Origin: Vulcanimicrobiales bacterium
Lineage (GTDB): Bacteria; Vulcanimicrobiota; Vulcanimicrobiia; Vulcanimicrobiales; Vulcanimicrobiaceae
NCBI GenBank assembly: GCA_038231455.1
Contig: JBBRLI010000004.1
Coordinates: 1-64,000, forward strand
Length of the DNA stretch: 64,000 nucleotides
Direction: 5' to 3'
Positions 1 to 10,308 of this stretch are shown here, piece by piece. Position numbers and translations under genes: made by a program. Under the pieces are notes generated by a model. The model had not been told where the DNA came from. It made no database searches and worked only from the letters and a program-made list of their open reading frames with translations. Within the stretch, counting starts at the first letter, position 1, and every line of letters starts with the position of its first letter.

Positions 1-1
1 C

Positions 2-1186
2 TACCACTCCGCCGCCTACGTCGGCATCATCGGTCTCATTCTGCTCTCGCTTGCGGTCTGCACGTTCAAACGCGTGATCCCCGCGCGCCTCCCGCCCCTG
101 CGCGCGGTGAAGATCGACAAGATCCCGCTCAACGCATCGGTGAGCGTACGCGGCGAGGAAGAAGCCGTGCGCAATCGCATCGAGGCGTTCTTCCATGCGC
201 GCGGTTGGGAGATTCGCAAAAAAGAAATCGGCGGCGAAGAGTGGACGTTTGCCGACAAACACAACTGGGCGCGCCGCGGCGTACTCGTCGCGCACGTCGG
301 CTTCGTCATCATCGCCGCAGGCACGTCGATCTACTGGGCCAAGGGCTTCAGCGGCGTCACCGCCGTCATCTCCGGCCAAACGATCACGATCCCGGAAACG
401 AAGGCCGTCTTCCACCTCGACCGCTTCGGCTACCGGATCGACCCGATCAAAACCAAGACCGGCATCGTGTACCAGCCGATCGACTACGTCTCGCACGTCA
501 CCTACACGGGCAAAGACGGCGTCGCGCGCCAGGCGCTAATCCGCGTGAATCAACCGCTCGATGTCGACGGCACGAGCTATTATCAGTCCACCTACGGCTT
601 CGCGATCGATTTTGCGATCACGAAAAACGGCAAGCCGGTCGCGGGCGGCCCCGACCATCCGCTCAAGGAAGGCGAGGCGTTCCCGATCCCCGGCTCCACG
701 CGCGCCATCCAGTATTCGCAGTTCGTCGGCACGATCGACCGCCGCACCGGCGGCCAAGGCGCCGACCCCCGGCCAAACGACCCCGGCATCGTCATCACCG
801 CCTTCGATAACGAGAAGCAAGTCGGCCGCGCGCTCATTCCGCTCGGCACCTCGATCGATCTTGGCGCCGGCTACCGCCTCGGTGCCGTGAAGTACACGCT
901 CTACTCCGGCATGCAGTACCGCTACGATCCGGGCATTCCGCTTGTCGGCATCGGCGCGTTCGTGCTGCTCGCCGGGCTCTGCATCTCGTTCTATCTCTTG
1001 CCGGCGCGACTCTACGTTCAGCTCAAGGGACGCGAACGCAACTGGGAAGTCGGCATCGCCGCGACGACCGTCAAAGGTTACGATATCTTTGAAGAGCGGT
1101 TCCGCGAACTCGTTGCCGAATTCGAACGCTCCGAGCAACCCCCAAAACCAAGCTCGGCCGGCGCCCCGATTCTGCGCCCGATCTAA
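2..1186 (+). CDS. resB: Cytochrome c biogenesis protein ResB/CcsB (5' truncated by window)
   Basis: Frame is open from base 2 (YHSAAYVGIIGLILLSLAVCTFKR). It has the AHVGF His motif, RVNQPL-YYQSTYG and a C-terminal YDPG plus TM helix, and lies upstream of ccsA. Confidence 0.9.
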   Translation, partial: YHSAAYVGIIGLILLSLAVCTFKRVIPARLPPLRAVKIDKIPLNASVSVRGEEEAVRNRIEAFFHARGWEIRKKEIGGEEWTFADKHNWARRGVLVAHVGFVIIAAGTSIYWAKGFSGVTAVISGQTITIPETKAVFHLDRFGYRIDPIKTKTGIVYQPIDYVSHVTYTGKDGVARQALIRVNQPLDVDGTSYYQSTYGFAIDFAITKNGKPVAGGPDHPLKEGEAFPIPGSTRAIQYSQFVGTIDRRTGGQGADPRPNDPGIVITAFDNEKQVGRALIPLGTSIDLGAGYRLGAVKYTLYSGMQYRYDPGIPLVGIGAFVLLAGLCISFYLLPARLYVQLKGRERNWEVGIAATTVKGYDIFEERFRELVAEFERSEQPPKPSSAGAPILRPI

Positions 1187-1243
1187 GTCACACCGACCGC
1201 GTCGCGGACGTGGTTTGATGGAACGACCCGCCGGAGGACCCCG

Positions 1244-2248
1244 ATGGACCCAGCTAAGCAATCCCTCGACCAAATTCTGTTGATCATCGGCCTCTCGGCC
1301 TATATCACGGGAACGCTCGTCTTTATCGCGTATTTCCTGACGCGCTCGTCGCTCATGAAGGCAATCGCCATTCCGCTTGCGATCGTCGGGGCCGTCGCGC
1401 AGTTTGCCGAACTCGGCGCGCGCTGGAACATGACCGGCGTTTGGCCGCTCACGAACCTATACGGTTCGCTTTCGCTTTTCTCCGTGCTTGGCGTGATCGT
1501 GTTTATCGCGTTTGCGTTCAAGTACGATCTGTGGTTCATCGGCTTCGGCGTGCTCGGCATCGCCGCGATCTCACTTGGCTATGCAACGACGTGGAACGAA
1601 GGCTACATGCCCGCCGTCCCCGCGCTGCAGTCGTACTGGATCAAAGTCCACGTGCCGCTCGTGATCGCATCGTACGCCTCGTTCATGGTGGCGTTTGTTG
1701 TGTCGTCGCTCTATCTGCTCAAATCGTGGTTTGAAAATCGCCTCGGCGGCGGCACCGGTGTGAGCGCGGCGGCTGCCGGCAGCGGCATGAGCGTGCCGAT
1801 TCCCGTGCGGACGGATGCCGCGACCTTCGCGCGCAGCGATGCGAATATGCTCGGCATGCGCGTGAGCGGCGATACGCCGAATATTACGGCTGCTGCAGCG
1901 CGCGGTGATTTCCTCGGCCTCTGGCTTGCGGGATTACCGTCGCTTGCCAAACTCGATATCATGACGTACCGTATCGTCGCCGTCGGCTTGCCGCTCCTCA
2001 CCGTGGGCATCATCACGGGCGCCTGGTGGGCAAAAGAAGCGTGGGGCGCCTACTGGCAGTGGGATCCCAAAGAGACGGCAGCACTCGTGTCGTGGATCGT
2101 CTACGCGATGTACATGCATCTGCACACCCGCAATGCCTGGCGTGGTGAACGCTGCGCGTGGGTGAGCGTCATCGGTTTTGCGACGATCGTGTTTTGCTAC
2201 TTGGGTGTGAACATTTTTATTAGCGGGTTGCATAGCTACAAAATGTGA
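1244..2248 (+). CDS. ccsA: Cytochrome c biogenesis protein CcsA/ResC (system II heme lyase)
   Basis: WWD motif WGAYWQWDPKET, PALQSYWIKVH, C-terminal GLHSY, multiple TM helices, GGAGG RBS. Confidence 0.95.
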   Translation: MDPAKQSLDQILLIIGLSAYITGTLVFIAYFLTRSSLMKAIAIPLAIVGAVAQFAELGARWNMTGVWPLTNLYGSLSLFSVLGVIVFIAFAFKYDLWFIGFGVLGIAAISLGYATTWNEGYMPAVPALQSYWIKVHVPLVIASYASFMVAFVVSSLYLLKSWFENRLGGGTGVSAAAAGSGMSVPIPVRTDAATFARSDANMLGMRVSGDTPNITAAAARGDFLGLWLAGLPSLAKLDIMTYRIVAVGLPLLTVGIITGAWWAKEAWGAYWQWDPKETAALVSWIVYAMYMHLHTRNAWRGERCAWVSVIGFATIVFCYLGVNIFISGLHSYKM

Positions 2249-3203
2249 TGCGTTCGTCGCGCTAGCGCTTGCGCTGGCAACGACGACGCCTGCGCTAGCC
2301 GGAACGATCGCGCCGAAGAACATCGCGCGCCTACGATCGCTTGATAATCGCACCCTTTCCGTCTTCTCGCCATACGTAAGTGCCGCCGATAATTCGTTCG
2401 GGTCACTCTCGCAAGTCGGCATGCACGCGCAGATCGACGGCGTCACCATCCGAAGTCTCGGGTATGCATGGGCGGCGCGCGGCGACGATCGATTCCTCGA
2501 TCGGGCCGCATCGCGGCTGCGCTCGGCGGTCGCCATCCTCACGGATGAGCGTAATGTCGCTCCGCTCGATCCCGCGCAACTCGACGGTTTAATCGACGGC
2601 TACGGTATCGTGCGCACTTCGCTCCCCGCAAACGATCGCGCCACGATCGACCGCGCACTCGCGCAAACGGGACGCTCCATCGCCGCCACCGGCGGCGGCG
2701 TGCGCGATCCGCATCGCATCGATCTGATCGGCCGCATCGGTCTCCTCATCGATGACTCCACGCTCTCGGGTGACGCGCTCTCCGGCTTCGTCGACTTCAT
2801 CGACTCGCAAGTTGCCAAAGACGGACGCACGCGAAACGCAATCGACCGCGATGCGCTCGAAGTCCAAGTTGACGAAGTCGAACCGCTCGTGAATTTCGCG
2901 CTTGCCGCCGAACGCAATGGACGCCGCGTCTTCGATAGCGCAAACGACGCGGGCGCATCGCTTGCGACGGCCGTGGCCTACCTCGAACCGTATGCGGCGG
3001 GGCGACTCGATCACCGCGAGTACGCCTTCTCGACGCGCCCCGATGATGCGCGCCTGCGGAACGTCACGCGCTGGGAGCGCACGAAGGCTGAGCGGCTCTT
3101 CGCACTCGCCTCGCACTTTGATGCACGTTACGACGCTCTGCGCATCGGCTTCACAACGATCGGCGAGTCGGCGACCGCGATCCTTGCACGGCTCGACCGA
3201 TGA
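2248..3203 (+). CDS. Secreted alginate-lyase-like protein; degenerate active site and apparent 5' frameshift
   Basis: C-terminal DGRT..RDAL..EPL..A and GASLATAVAYLEPYAAG..H.EY segments resemble the alginate lyase family. The frame is open upstream of 2421 and encodes the signal-like FVALALALATTTPALA. Confidence 0.55.
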
Positions 3204-4987
3204 ACGCACATCTTCACGCGATCTTCGATAATTCGCCCGACATGGTGCTCGTCAGCGAACCGCTCCCGGGCGGAGATGCGGCGATCCGCTACGCCAATCC
3301 GGCGTTTCTACGCGTCTCCGGTTATCGTGAAGACGAGGTCCTCGGCGAGTCGCCAACGCTGCTGCGCGGTCCGCGCACCGATGCGAGCGTCTACGCATCG
3401 CTGCTTGCGAGCCGGCGTGAAGGCGGAACCGCGGATGGCGAGACGCTCTTCTACCGCAAAGACGGCGTAGCACTGCGCGTGCATTTCAGCGGCCATGGAT
3501 TCAGCGATGCGGACGGACGTCAGCTCTACGTCACGATCAGCCGCAACGTAACGGAATTCGAACGTGACCTCTCCGCCCGGGTGAAGACGCTCGAAGCACT
3601 GATGAATGTCGCGCAAACCTTTCTCGACCGCCCGCAGCGCGCCGCGGCCGATGCTATTTTTCACCGCGCGCTCAATACGATCGCGCAGCTTACTGCCGGC
3701 GTGACGGTTGACGAACGCCCGGCGGTCTCCGACGATCCGTTCGACCGGCGCGTGCTAGCCAGCGCTCCGTTTGTGATGTTGAGTGAAAACGGTCGTTGCG
3801 CTTTCTCGGCCCCACGAAACGGCAGCCACGATAACTTGGTCGAGATTCACATCGCGCACGACGTTGCCGATCCGCGCGATATCGTCACAATCGACCTCTT
3901 ACTCCAACTCTTTCGCACGGTGCTCCGCGGTATCGCCGTCTACGACGAACTCGAACAGCGCCGTGTCGAGTCGGCGCGCGCAAATCAGGAGAAGGCCGAT
4001 CTTCTCGTGATGCTCGCGCACGATATCCGTACGCCGCTTACCACGATCATGGGCTTTGCAGAAATCCTCACCGAATCGCCGAACGCGGCCGAAAATCAAG
4101 TCCCCGTTGCGGCAATCATGACGGGCGCGCGCACGATCAACCAAATCGCCGAGGAGGCCATGACCTCCGCGCAACTCGATCAGAACGTCTTCCATCCAAT
4201 GGTGGAACGGATGGATCTTGCGATCATCTGCGCCGAGGCAATCGCTGCGTGCAACGAAACGCACCCCGTCGTCTTCACCAAGAGCAGCGAAACGCTCGAA
4301 CTCGACATGCACCCCCAATCGGCGCGCACGATCGTTCACAATCTCATCGGCAACGCGGTAAAGTACGGTCGCGGAAAAACACCGATCCTCGTCAACCTCG
4401 AAGGCGACTTGGATGCCGTCACCCTCACCGTGCGCGACGATGGCATCGGCATTCCCGCCGATCAGCTGGACTACGTTTTTCGCGCGTTCACGCGCGGGCG
4501 AAACGCGCGCGCCGCGCAAATTAGCGGCACCGGTTTTGGCCTGCATCTCGTGAAACGACTCGTCGAGCTGCACGGTGGCAGCGTGTTCGTCGAGAGTACA
4601 CTCGATGTCAGTAGCACCTTCGTCGTGCGCATACCGCGCGTCGCGGCAATCTTACCGCGTGCGAAGCGCCTCATCGTGATCGACCCAAGCGAAGAACGCG
4701 GATCGTTCGTCGTCTCGATGCTCCGCTGGCGCGGCTTTGCGATCACGACGGTCGCCGACGTAAAAAGTGCGCTCGCAGAACATCGCAGCGAACCAACCGA
4801 CCTCATCATCTACGACGACGACGGCCACGTCGATCCCGCGATAGGCGCACTTGCGGCAAACGGTGCACCCTATCTGATCCTCTCCGCCCGCGCCGAACCG
4901 CTGCTGCTCAGTAGCTCGCACATCTTAGCGAAACCCTACCTCATCGATGAACTCTACAGCGCCGTCGACAAAGCTCTGCACGAGTGA
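3200..4987 (+). CDS. PAS-domain hybrid sensor histidine kinase with C-terminal receiver
   Basis: PAS (YANPAF..SGY), H-box AHDIRTPLT, N-box NLIGNAVKY, G-boxes DDGIGI and GTGFGL, receiver with IIYD and AKPY. ATGA overlap with the upstream gene. Confidence 0.92.
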   Translation: MNAHLHAIFDNSPDMVLVSEPLPGGDAAIRYANPAFLRVSGYREDEVLGESPTLLRGPRTDASVYASLLASRREGGTADGETLFYRKDGVALRVHFSGHGFSDADGRQLYVTISRNVTEFERDLSARVKTLEALMNVAQTFLDRPQRAAADAIFHRALNTIAQLTAGVTVDERPAVSDDPFDRRVLASAPFVMLSENGRCAFSAPRNGSHDNLVEIHIAHDVADPRDIVTIDLLLQLFRTVLRGIAVYDELEQRRVESARANQEKADLLVMLAHDIRTPLTTIMGFAEILTESPNAAENQVPVAAIMTGARTINQIAEEAMTSAQLDQNVFHPMVERMDLAIICAEAIAACNETHPVVFTKSSETLELDMHPQSARTIVHNLIGNAVKYGRGKTPILVNLEGDLDAVTLTVRDDGIGIPADQLDYVFRAFTRGRNARAAQISGTGFGLHLVKRLVELHGGSVFVESTLDVSSTFVVRIPRVAAILPRAKRLIVIDPSEERGSFVVSMLRWRGFAITTVADVKSALAEHRSEPTDLIIYDDDGHVDPAIGALAANGAPYLILSARAEPLLLSSSHILAKPYLIDELYSAVDKALHE

Positions 4988-5003
4988 TGTAGGCCTTCGA
5001 CGG

Positions 5004-5534
5004 CTACGAACGCCGCAGAATTTGCCGCGCCCAAAGCGGCGCTTCTGGATCGACCGCACCCGTATCGCTTAACGTCACGCTCGCAATGACGTCTCCCGTC
5101 GCGACGTCGACAAGTTCGCGTTGCCGCCTCACCGCGCCATGCGGAAATCCGCACTCGATGACGACTTGACGCGTTCCGGCGAAGCGCCACGCCCACGGCA
5201 TACCCGCGGCACAGGTAACGCTCCGGCGTACCTCATGCTGAACGAATTGCAGCCACTCTGGTTGCGCATAGCTACTGCCATCGATGCGATTGACGCTCCA
5301 GCCGACCACCTCATGATTGGCGGAAAGCTGGGGAACGCCAAACGTGTCGCCGGCCGTTTCGGGTCGTTCGATGCGTGCATTACCCGCCGCGTAAACAATC
5401 TTGATCGATGTCTTCGCGGTATCGAGGGCTGCGCTGACAATCCGTCGCGGTTCGTTACCGAATGCCGTTCCGCTCAACGTCAGGAACAAACCGAGGATTG
5501 GAAGAGCGATACGCGCGATTGTTCTTGTCAACAT
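5004..5534 (-). CDS. Hypothetical secreted protein
   Basis: Signal-peptide-like N-terminus and GGAG upstream; fills the gap between convergent and divergent genes. Confidence 0.6.
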   Translation of the reverse strand: MLTRTIARIALPILGLFLTLSGTAFGNEPRRIVSAALDTAKTSIKIVYAAGNARIERPETAGDTFGVPQLSANHEVVGWSVNRIDGSSYAQPEWLQFVQHEVRRSVTCAAGMPWAWRFAGTRQVVIECGFPHGAVRRQRELVDVATGDVIASVTLSDTGAVDPEAPLWARQILRRS

Positions 5535-5648
5535 GGCCAGACTCCACGAGCACGGAGTAATTGAAGCGGTTTGTCACAATATGGTGTCGGTGTCTCTCGA
5601 TCATGGTAACGCCGAATGGCAAAACGATCACTACATTCCGGTTAAAAT

Positions 5649-6833
5649 ATGATCGATGCGTTTCGCAATCGGCGCTTCGCGGCGTATATTCTTACCGCCG
5701 CGAGCGCGGATGCCGGCTATTGGATTGCGACCATCGCGCAAAGCTGGCTCGTTCTTACGCTGACGGATTCAGCGTTTTGGCTCGGTCTCGTTGCCGGAGT
5801 CGGCCAGCTCCCGTATCTACTCTTTTCGCTTGTCGGCGGCTCGCTTGCCGATCGCTTCGATCGTCGCGCGATCATTGCGATCAACAACGTCGGCATCGCG
5901 GTCATCTCGCTCATCACCGCGTCGCTCGTTATCACGCACGCGATAACGATCGTCTGGCTGCTCGTTCTGAGTTTCTTGCTCGGCGTGATCTTTGCCATCG
6001 AGCAGCCCGTCGATCGCGCGTGGCTCTACGATCTGGTCGACCGCAAGCTCCTCGATACCTCAATTGCGATTTCGTCGCTCGAGTGGGCCGTCGCGCGAAC
6101 CGTTGGCCCGGCGATCGGCGGCGCGGCGGTTGCCCTGATCGGGGTCGCGGCAGGCTACATCGCTTTCGCGGTCCTCGTTCTGCCGCTCGCGGTGCTTGCC
6201 GTGGTGCTTGCGAAACGCCACGAGGCGCCCGCTGCCCCGGAAGAATCAAGCGACGAGCGCGGCGATCGACAGCGCGAACGCTCGATCGTCCTTTTCTCGA
6301 TCTTTATCGCGACGTTTTCCATCGGCGTGACGCCATACATCACGCTCTTGCCAGAGATTGCAAAACATACATTTGGCGCCGACGCGCGCGGCTACGGGGC
6401 GATGGCGGCGGCCGGCGGCGTCGGTTCGATCCTCAGCGCCATCGCGCTCGCGCTTGCGGGCGATCTCAAAGGGCGCGGCCGTATTACCACGGTCGCCGCG
6501 TGTGCGGGTGCGCTGCTGCTGGTGCTCTTCACGCGGGTCCACCGGTTCGAGCTAGCACTGGTCATTCTTGCGGCGATGGGCGCGGTCGATACGCTCATGT
6601 ATGCGCTTGCGAATACCTACGTCCAGGCAATCGCGAGCGCCGCGCGACGCGGTTGGGCAAACGCCGTGTTCTCGCTTGCGTTTCTGGGCGGGATGCCGAT
6701 CGGAAGCGTGATCCTTGGTTCGTTCGCGCAGAAGTTCGGCTCCGCCCCAACGCTGGCGATCTCGGCCACGCTCGTTGCGGTCTCGGCCGCTGGCTTCTGG
6801 ACGCTTGCGCCAAAGGCACGGGACGCGGCATGA
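5649..6833 (+). CDS. MFS transporter
   Basis: About 12 hydrophobic helices; motif A GGSLADRFDRR. Confidence 0.9.
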   Translation: MIDAFRNRRFAAYILTAASADAGYWIATIAQSWLVLTLTDSAFWLGLVAGVGQLPYLLFSLVGGSLADRFDRRAIIAINNVGIAVISLITASLVITHAITIVWLLVLSFLLGVIFAIEQPVDRAWLYDLVDRKLLDTSIAISSLEWAVARTVGPAIGGAAVALIGVAAGYIAFAVLVLPLAVLAVVLAKRHEAPAAPEESSDERGDRQRERSIVLFSIFIATFSIGVTPYITLLPEIAKHTFGADARGYGAMAAAGGVGSILSAIALALAGDLKGRGRITTVAACAGALLLVLFTRVHRFELALVILAAMGAVDTLMYALANTYVQAIASAARRGWANAVFSLAFLGGMPIGSVILGSFAQKFGSAPTLAISATLVAVSAAGFWTLAPKARDAA

Positions 6834-6864
6834 AAACCTCACGCACGTCGGCCGGGTCTTAAGA

Positions 6865-8355
6865 ATGATGATCGCGCCGCAGCGGACCGACCTTGCCCTC
6901 GAGGACCTCACCTTCGACAATCGCTTCGCGCGGCTGGGCGAGGGCTATTTCGAGCGCCGCAATCCGACCTCGCTCCCGGCTCCGCGCCTCATCGCATTCA
7001 ATCCGGACGCAGCGGCACTGATCGATCTTCGTGCCGGTGAAGAGCACCGCGATCGATTCCTCGCCCTTGCCGCCGGCAACGCGATCGTGCGCGGTATGGA
7101 GCCGCTCGCCGCCGTCTATGCCGGTCATCAATTTGGCGGCTTCTCCGCGCAACTCGGCGACGGTCGTGCAATCTTGCTCGGCGATGTCCGAAGCCCGCGC
7201 GGCGATCACTGGGAACTTCAGCTCAAAGGCGGCGGCCTGACCGCGTTCTCGCGTTTCGGCGACGGGCGTGCCGTGCTGCGTTCGACGATCCGCGAGTATC
7301 TTGCAAGCGAAGCGATGTTCGCGCTGGGTGTTCCGACGACACGCGCGCTCTCGATTGCCGGCAGCGACGAACCAGTCTTGCGCGAACGCCCCGAAACGGC
7401 GGCGGTTTTGATCCGCATGGCGCCGACCTTCGTCCGCTTCGGATCGTTTGAATTTTTCCACTATCAGCGACGCCCCGAGATGGTCAAAGAACTCGCGGAC
7501 TACGTCATTGCAACGTCGTTCCCGCAGCTTACCGATCGAGACGACCGTTACGCGCAACTCTTCGCGCAAATCGTCCGCGATACGGCAAGCTTGATGGCCG
7601 CGTGGCAATGCGTCGGATTCGCGCACGGCGTGATGAACACGGATAATTTCTCGATCGCCGGCCTCACACTCGACTACGGTCCCTACGGTTTCATGGAAGC
7701 CTACGAGCCCGGCTTCATCTGCAATCACTCAGATGAAGGCGGACGGTACGCGTTCGATCAGCAGCCGGGGATCGGCCGCTGGAATTGCCTTGCGCTCGGC
7801 AACGCGCTCACGACGCTCGTCGATAAAGACGAACTCACGACGATCCTGAGTTTCTACGAAGATCACTACCGAGCAGCATATCTCGAACGCGCGCGACACA
7901 AACTCGGGCTAGCTACGCTGCGCGAGGGCGATGCGAAACTCATCGTCGATCTTTTCGATCTCATGGCCGCTGCCCGAGCCGATTTCACGCGCACGTTCCG
8001 CGCACTCGGTGCGGTCGATGCAACGCCGTCGGCTGCCGACGACGCATTCGTTGCACCGTTTACCGATCGCGATGCTATCTACGCGTGGCTCAACCGCTAC
8101 CGCGATCGCCTCACGCACGACGCTGCAACGCCGGTCGAACGCACGGCGCAAAAGAACGCCGCCAATCCGAAGTACGTTCTACGAAATTACCTCGCGCAAA
8201 ACGCGATCGAACGCGCGGAGAACGGCGACTACAGCGAGATCGCCAAACTGCACGACATCCTCCGCCGCCCATTTGACGAACAACCCGAAAACGAAGCGTA
8301 CGCCGCCTTACCGCCCGATTGGGCTGCAACGCTAAGCGTTAGCTGCTCGAGCTAG
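6865..8355 (+). CDS. selO: Protein adenylyltransferase SelO (YdiU)
   Basis: YAGHQFG, QLGDGRA, LQLKG.G.T.FSR.GDGRAVLRS, HGVMNTDN, DYGPYG, NPKYVLRNY, terminal SCSS. Start placed at ATG 6865. Confidence 0.95.
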   Translation: MMIAPQRTDLALEDLTFDNRFARLGEGYFERRNPTSLPAPRLIAFNPDAAALIDLRAGEEHRDRFLALAAGNAIVRGMEPLAAVYAGHQFGGFSAQLGDGRAILLGDVRSPRGDHWELQLKGGGLTAFSRFGDGRAVLRSTIREYLASEAMFALGVPTTRALSIAGSDEPVLRERPETAAVLIRMAPTFVRFGSFEFFHYQRRPEMVKELADYVIATSFPQLTDRDDRYAQLFAQIVRDTASLMAAWQCVGFAHGVMNTDNFSIAGLTLDYGPYGFMEAYEPGFICNHSDEGGRYAFDQQPGIGRWNCLALGNALTTLVDKDELTTILSFYEDHYRAAYLERARHKLGLATLREGDAKLIVDLFDLMAAARADFTRTFRALGAVDATPSAADDAFVAPFTDRDAIYAWLNRYRDRLTHDAATPVERTAQKNAANPKYVLRNYLAQNAIERAENGDYSEIAKLHDILRRPFDEQPENEAYAALPPDWAATLSVSCSS

Positions 8356-9541
8356 ACACGGGCCGCTTCGTTTCGCGCCGATCGCGCATGACGGCCTTCA
8401 CGTGCGCGTTTGCGTTCCGTGGCCGCTTCGTTGGCTTTTTCGAGCCGAGCACGTATGGCAATGACACGAGCGGAGCAAACGCGCAGATCGTGATCGCAAC
8501 GAGATAACCGCCGTGCGCGGCGGAAACGACCGCCGCCACGATTGCGCCGATTGCGCCGCCGAGACTAAAAGCGAAGTTGTACGCGCCCATCGCCGCGCCG
8601 CGCGTGCGCGGTGAACTCTTCTCGAAAAAGAGTCCGAGGCCAATCGGCACCACCGCACCCCATGCAACGCCGAGACATACACCCGCTCCGATCACTTCGA
8701 GCGGCGAGGTCGCGCGCGCGGCGAGCAAACACCCGATGCCCTGCATCAACGCCGTCGGCAGTGCGATTGCGCGCGGCCCGAACCGATCCACAAGACGCCC
8801 GGCCGGATACCGAAACGCAAACGTCGTTACGGCAAGTGCGGTAAAGATCAGCGCCCCATTCACGACACCGCGTTCGTGAAACGTGATCACGGCAAGCGCC
8901 GCATTGACGCCACTCTGCAGCGTGGTCGACACGAGAAACACAATCGCCGGCAGCCACGCCGAGCGCATGAAGATCTTGCGGCTGCGCCGCTGCTTCGTCG
9001 GCTCGTGTTTTTCGGGCAAAAGAAAGAGGACCGCCACGCCCGCAAGACCGACGATCGTCGACCACAGATATTGCTCGTGTTTGATCCCGTGCTGCCACAT
9101 CCACACCGAAAGCGCGGGCGCCGTCGCAAACGAGATGTTCCCAATCATCCCAAGTGTGCCAACCGCCGAAGCAGACCGTTCCGGCGCGACCAGGGCCGAG
9201 GCATACGCGAACTCTGCCGTCGTATAAGCCACAATCGCCAAGCTGCGCAGCGCCATTACAAAACCCGTCGGCACTTCACCGTGGACGAAGGCGAGCAGAA
9301 ACAGCGCGAGCACGGCAACCGCCCCCGCAATGCGGATGATCAGCAGCCGGCCGAACCGGTCCACCAATCCGCCGATCGGCACGCTCCCACCGAGAGCCGC
9401 GGCCAAACCGAAGCCGACCACGATGGAAATCCCAAAGGCGGAGACACCGTCGTCATGGAGGGCAAGGGGCAAGGAGCCCGTCGGTAGATTGATCGTGAGA
9501 TCTAGAAGTAGCGTGCTCACGACCAAGATCGCGTAGGCCAT
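8339..9541 (-). CDS. MFS transporter
   Basis: Two motif A copies (GGLVDRFGR, GRLVDRFGPR) and about 12 TM helices. Confidence 0.9.
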   Translation of the reverse strand: MAYAILVVSTLLLDLTINLPTGSLPLALHDDGVSAFGISIVVGFGLAAALGGSVPIGGLVDRFGRLLIIRIAGAVAVLALFLLAFVHGEVPTGFVMALRSLAIVAYTTAEFAYASALVAPERSASAVGTLGMIGNISFATAPALSVWMWQHGIKHEQYLWSTIVGLAGVAVLFLLPEKHEPTKQRRSRKIFMRSAWLPAIVFLVSTTLQSGVNAALAVITFHERGVVNGALIFTALAVTTFAFRYPAGRLVDRFGPRAIALPTALMQGIGCLLAARATSPLEVIGAGVCLGVAWGAVVPIGLGLFFEKSSPRTRGAAMGAYNFAFSLGGAIGAIVAAVVSAAHGGYLVAITICAFAPLVSLPYVLGSKKPTKRPRNANAHVKAVMRDRRETKRPVSSSSS

Positions 9542-9553
9542 CCGACTATTCTA
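9542..9553 (-). promoter_or_regulatory. Putative -10 element for leaderless MFS mRNA
   Basis: Minus strand reads TAGAAT-agtcgg-ATG, with no Shine-Dalgarno. Confidence 0.5.
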
Positions 9554-9684
9554 GCAAACACCGCGACGGATTTCACCCGCCCGTGCCACTAATGTCTGCG
9601 GTTTGCACGCCACAGACGTTTACGATGTGCAGACCTGGCGACCGACACTTTGCCGGAACTGGCCAGCAAGATATGGGGTGTATC

Positions 9685-10308
9685 ATGGGCCACGCAATTT
9701 CGCACCAAGACGACGGCACGCCCCAAGAGCAGAGCCGCCGCACGTTCATGGCCAACATGGTAATCGGCATGAGCGGGGTCATCGGCCTCGTCCTCGGCAT
9801 CCCGCTGATTGCCTCGATGGTCCCGGATGCTCGATCGACGACCGCCTGGACGCCGCTAACGGACGAGGAGTACACAAAACTCCAAGCCGCCACAGAGACG
9901 CCGGTGAAGGTCACCTTCAACGTTCAGACGATCGACGCGTATCTTACTCCCACGGACGAACATTTCGTCTGGGCGATCAAAACCGACGAAGCGAAGATGC
10001 GCGCCAAGCGCCCCGAACTCTTCGATGTGAAAGCAAAGCTGCCGTATCCCGTGATCAACATGGGCTTCGTGCTATTCAGCCCGATCTGCCCGCATCTCGG
10101 CTGTCCGTACGACTATCACCCGGAGACCAACCAGTTTGCCTGCGGGTGCCACGGTTCGAAATACGACACACTCGGCGTGCACATCGCGGGCCCTGCGCAG
10201 CGTGGCCTCGACCCGCTCCCGCTGCGCGACCACAACGGCAAAGCCGAAGTGACCTGGATTCACTACAAGGGCAACGAGCCCGACCACGTGGTGATCTCCT
10301 ACACCTGA
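9685..10308 (+). CDS. qcrA: Rieske 2Fe-2S subunit of quinol:cytochrome c reductase, copy 1
   Basis: Tat-like SRRTFM plus TM helix; CPHLGC and CGCHGSKY boxes; GPAQRGL. Start aligned to copy 2. Confidence 0.92.
   Translation: MGHAISHQDDGTPQEQSRRTFMANMVIGMSGVIGLVLGIPLIASMVPDARSTTAWTPLTDEEYTKLQAATETPVKVTFNVQTIDAYLTPTDEHFVWAIKTDEAKMRAKRPELFDVKAKLPYPVINMGFVLFSPICPHLGCPYDYHPETNQFACGCHGSKYDTLGVHIAGPAQRGLDPLPLRDHNGKAEVTWIHYKGNEPDHVVISYT

Noticed and set aside
3290-3380. LOV-like appearance of the kinase PAS domain
   Set aside because: GESPTLLRG lacks the Cys of the NCRFLQ motif, so it is not called a photoreceptor.
8339-8355. Possible selenocysteine at the SelO C-terminus
   Set aside because: The protein ends SCSS-TAG with an ordinary Cys and no in-frame TGA.
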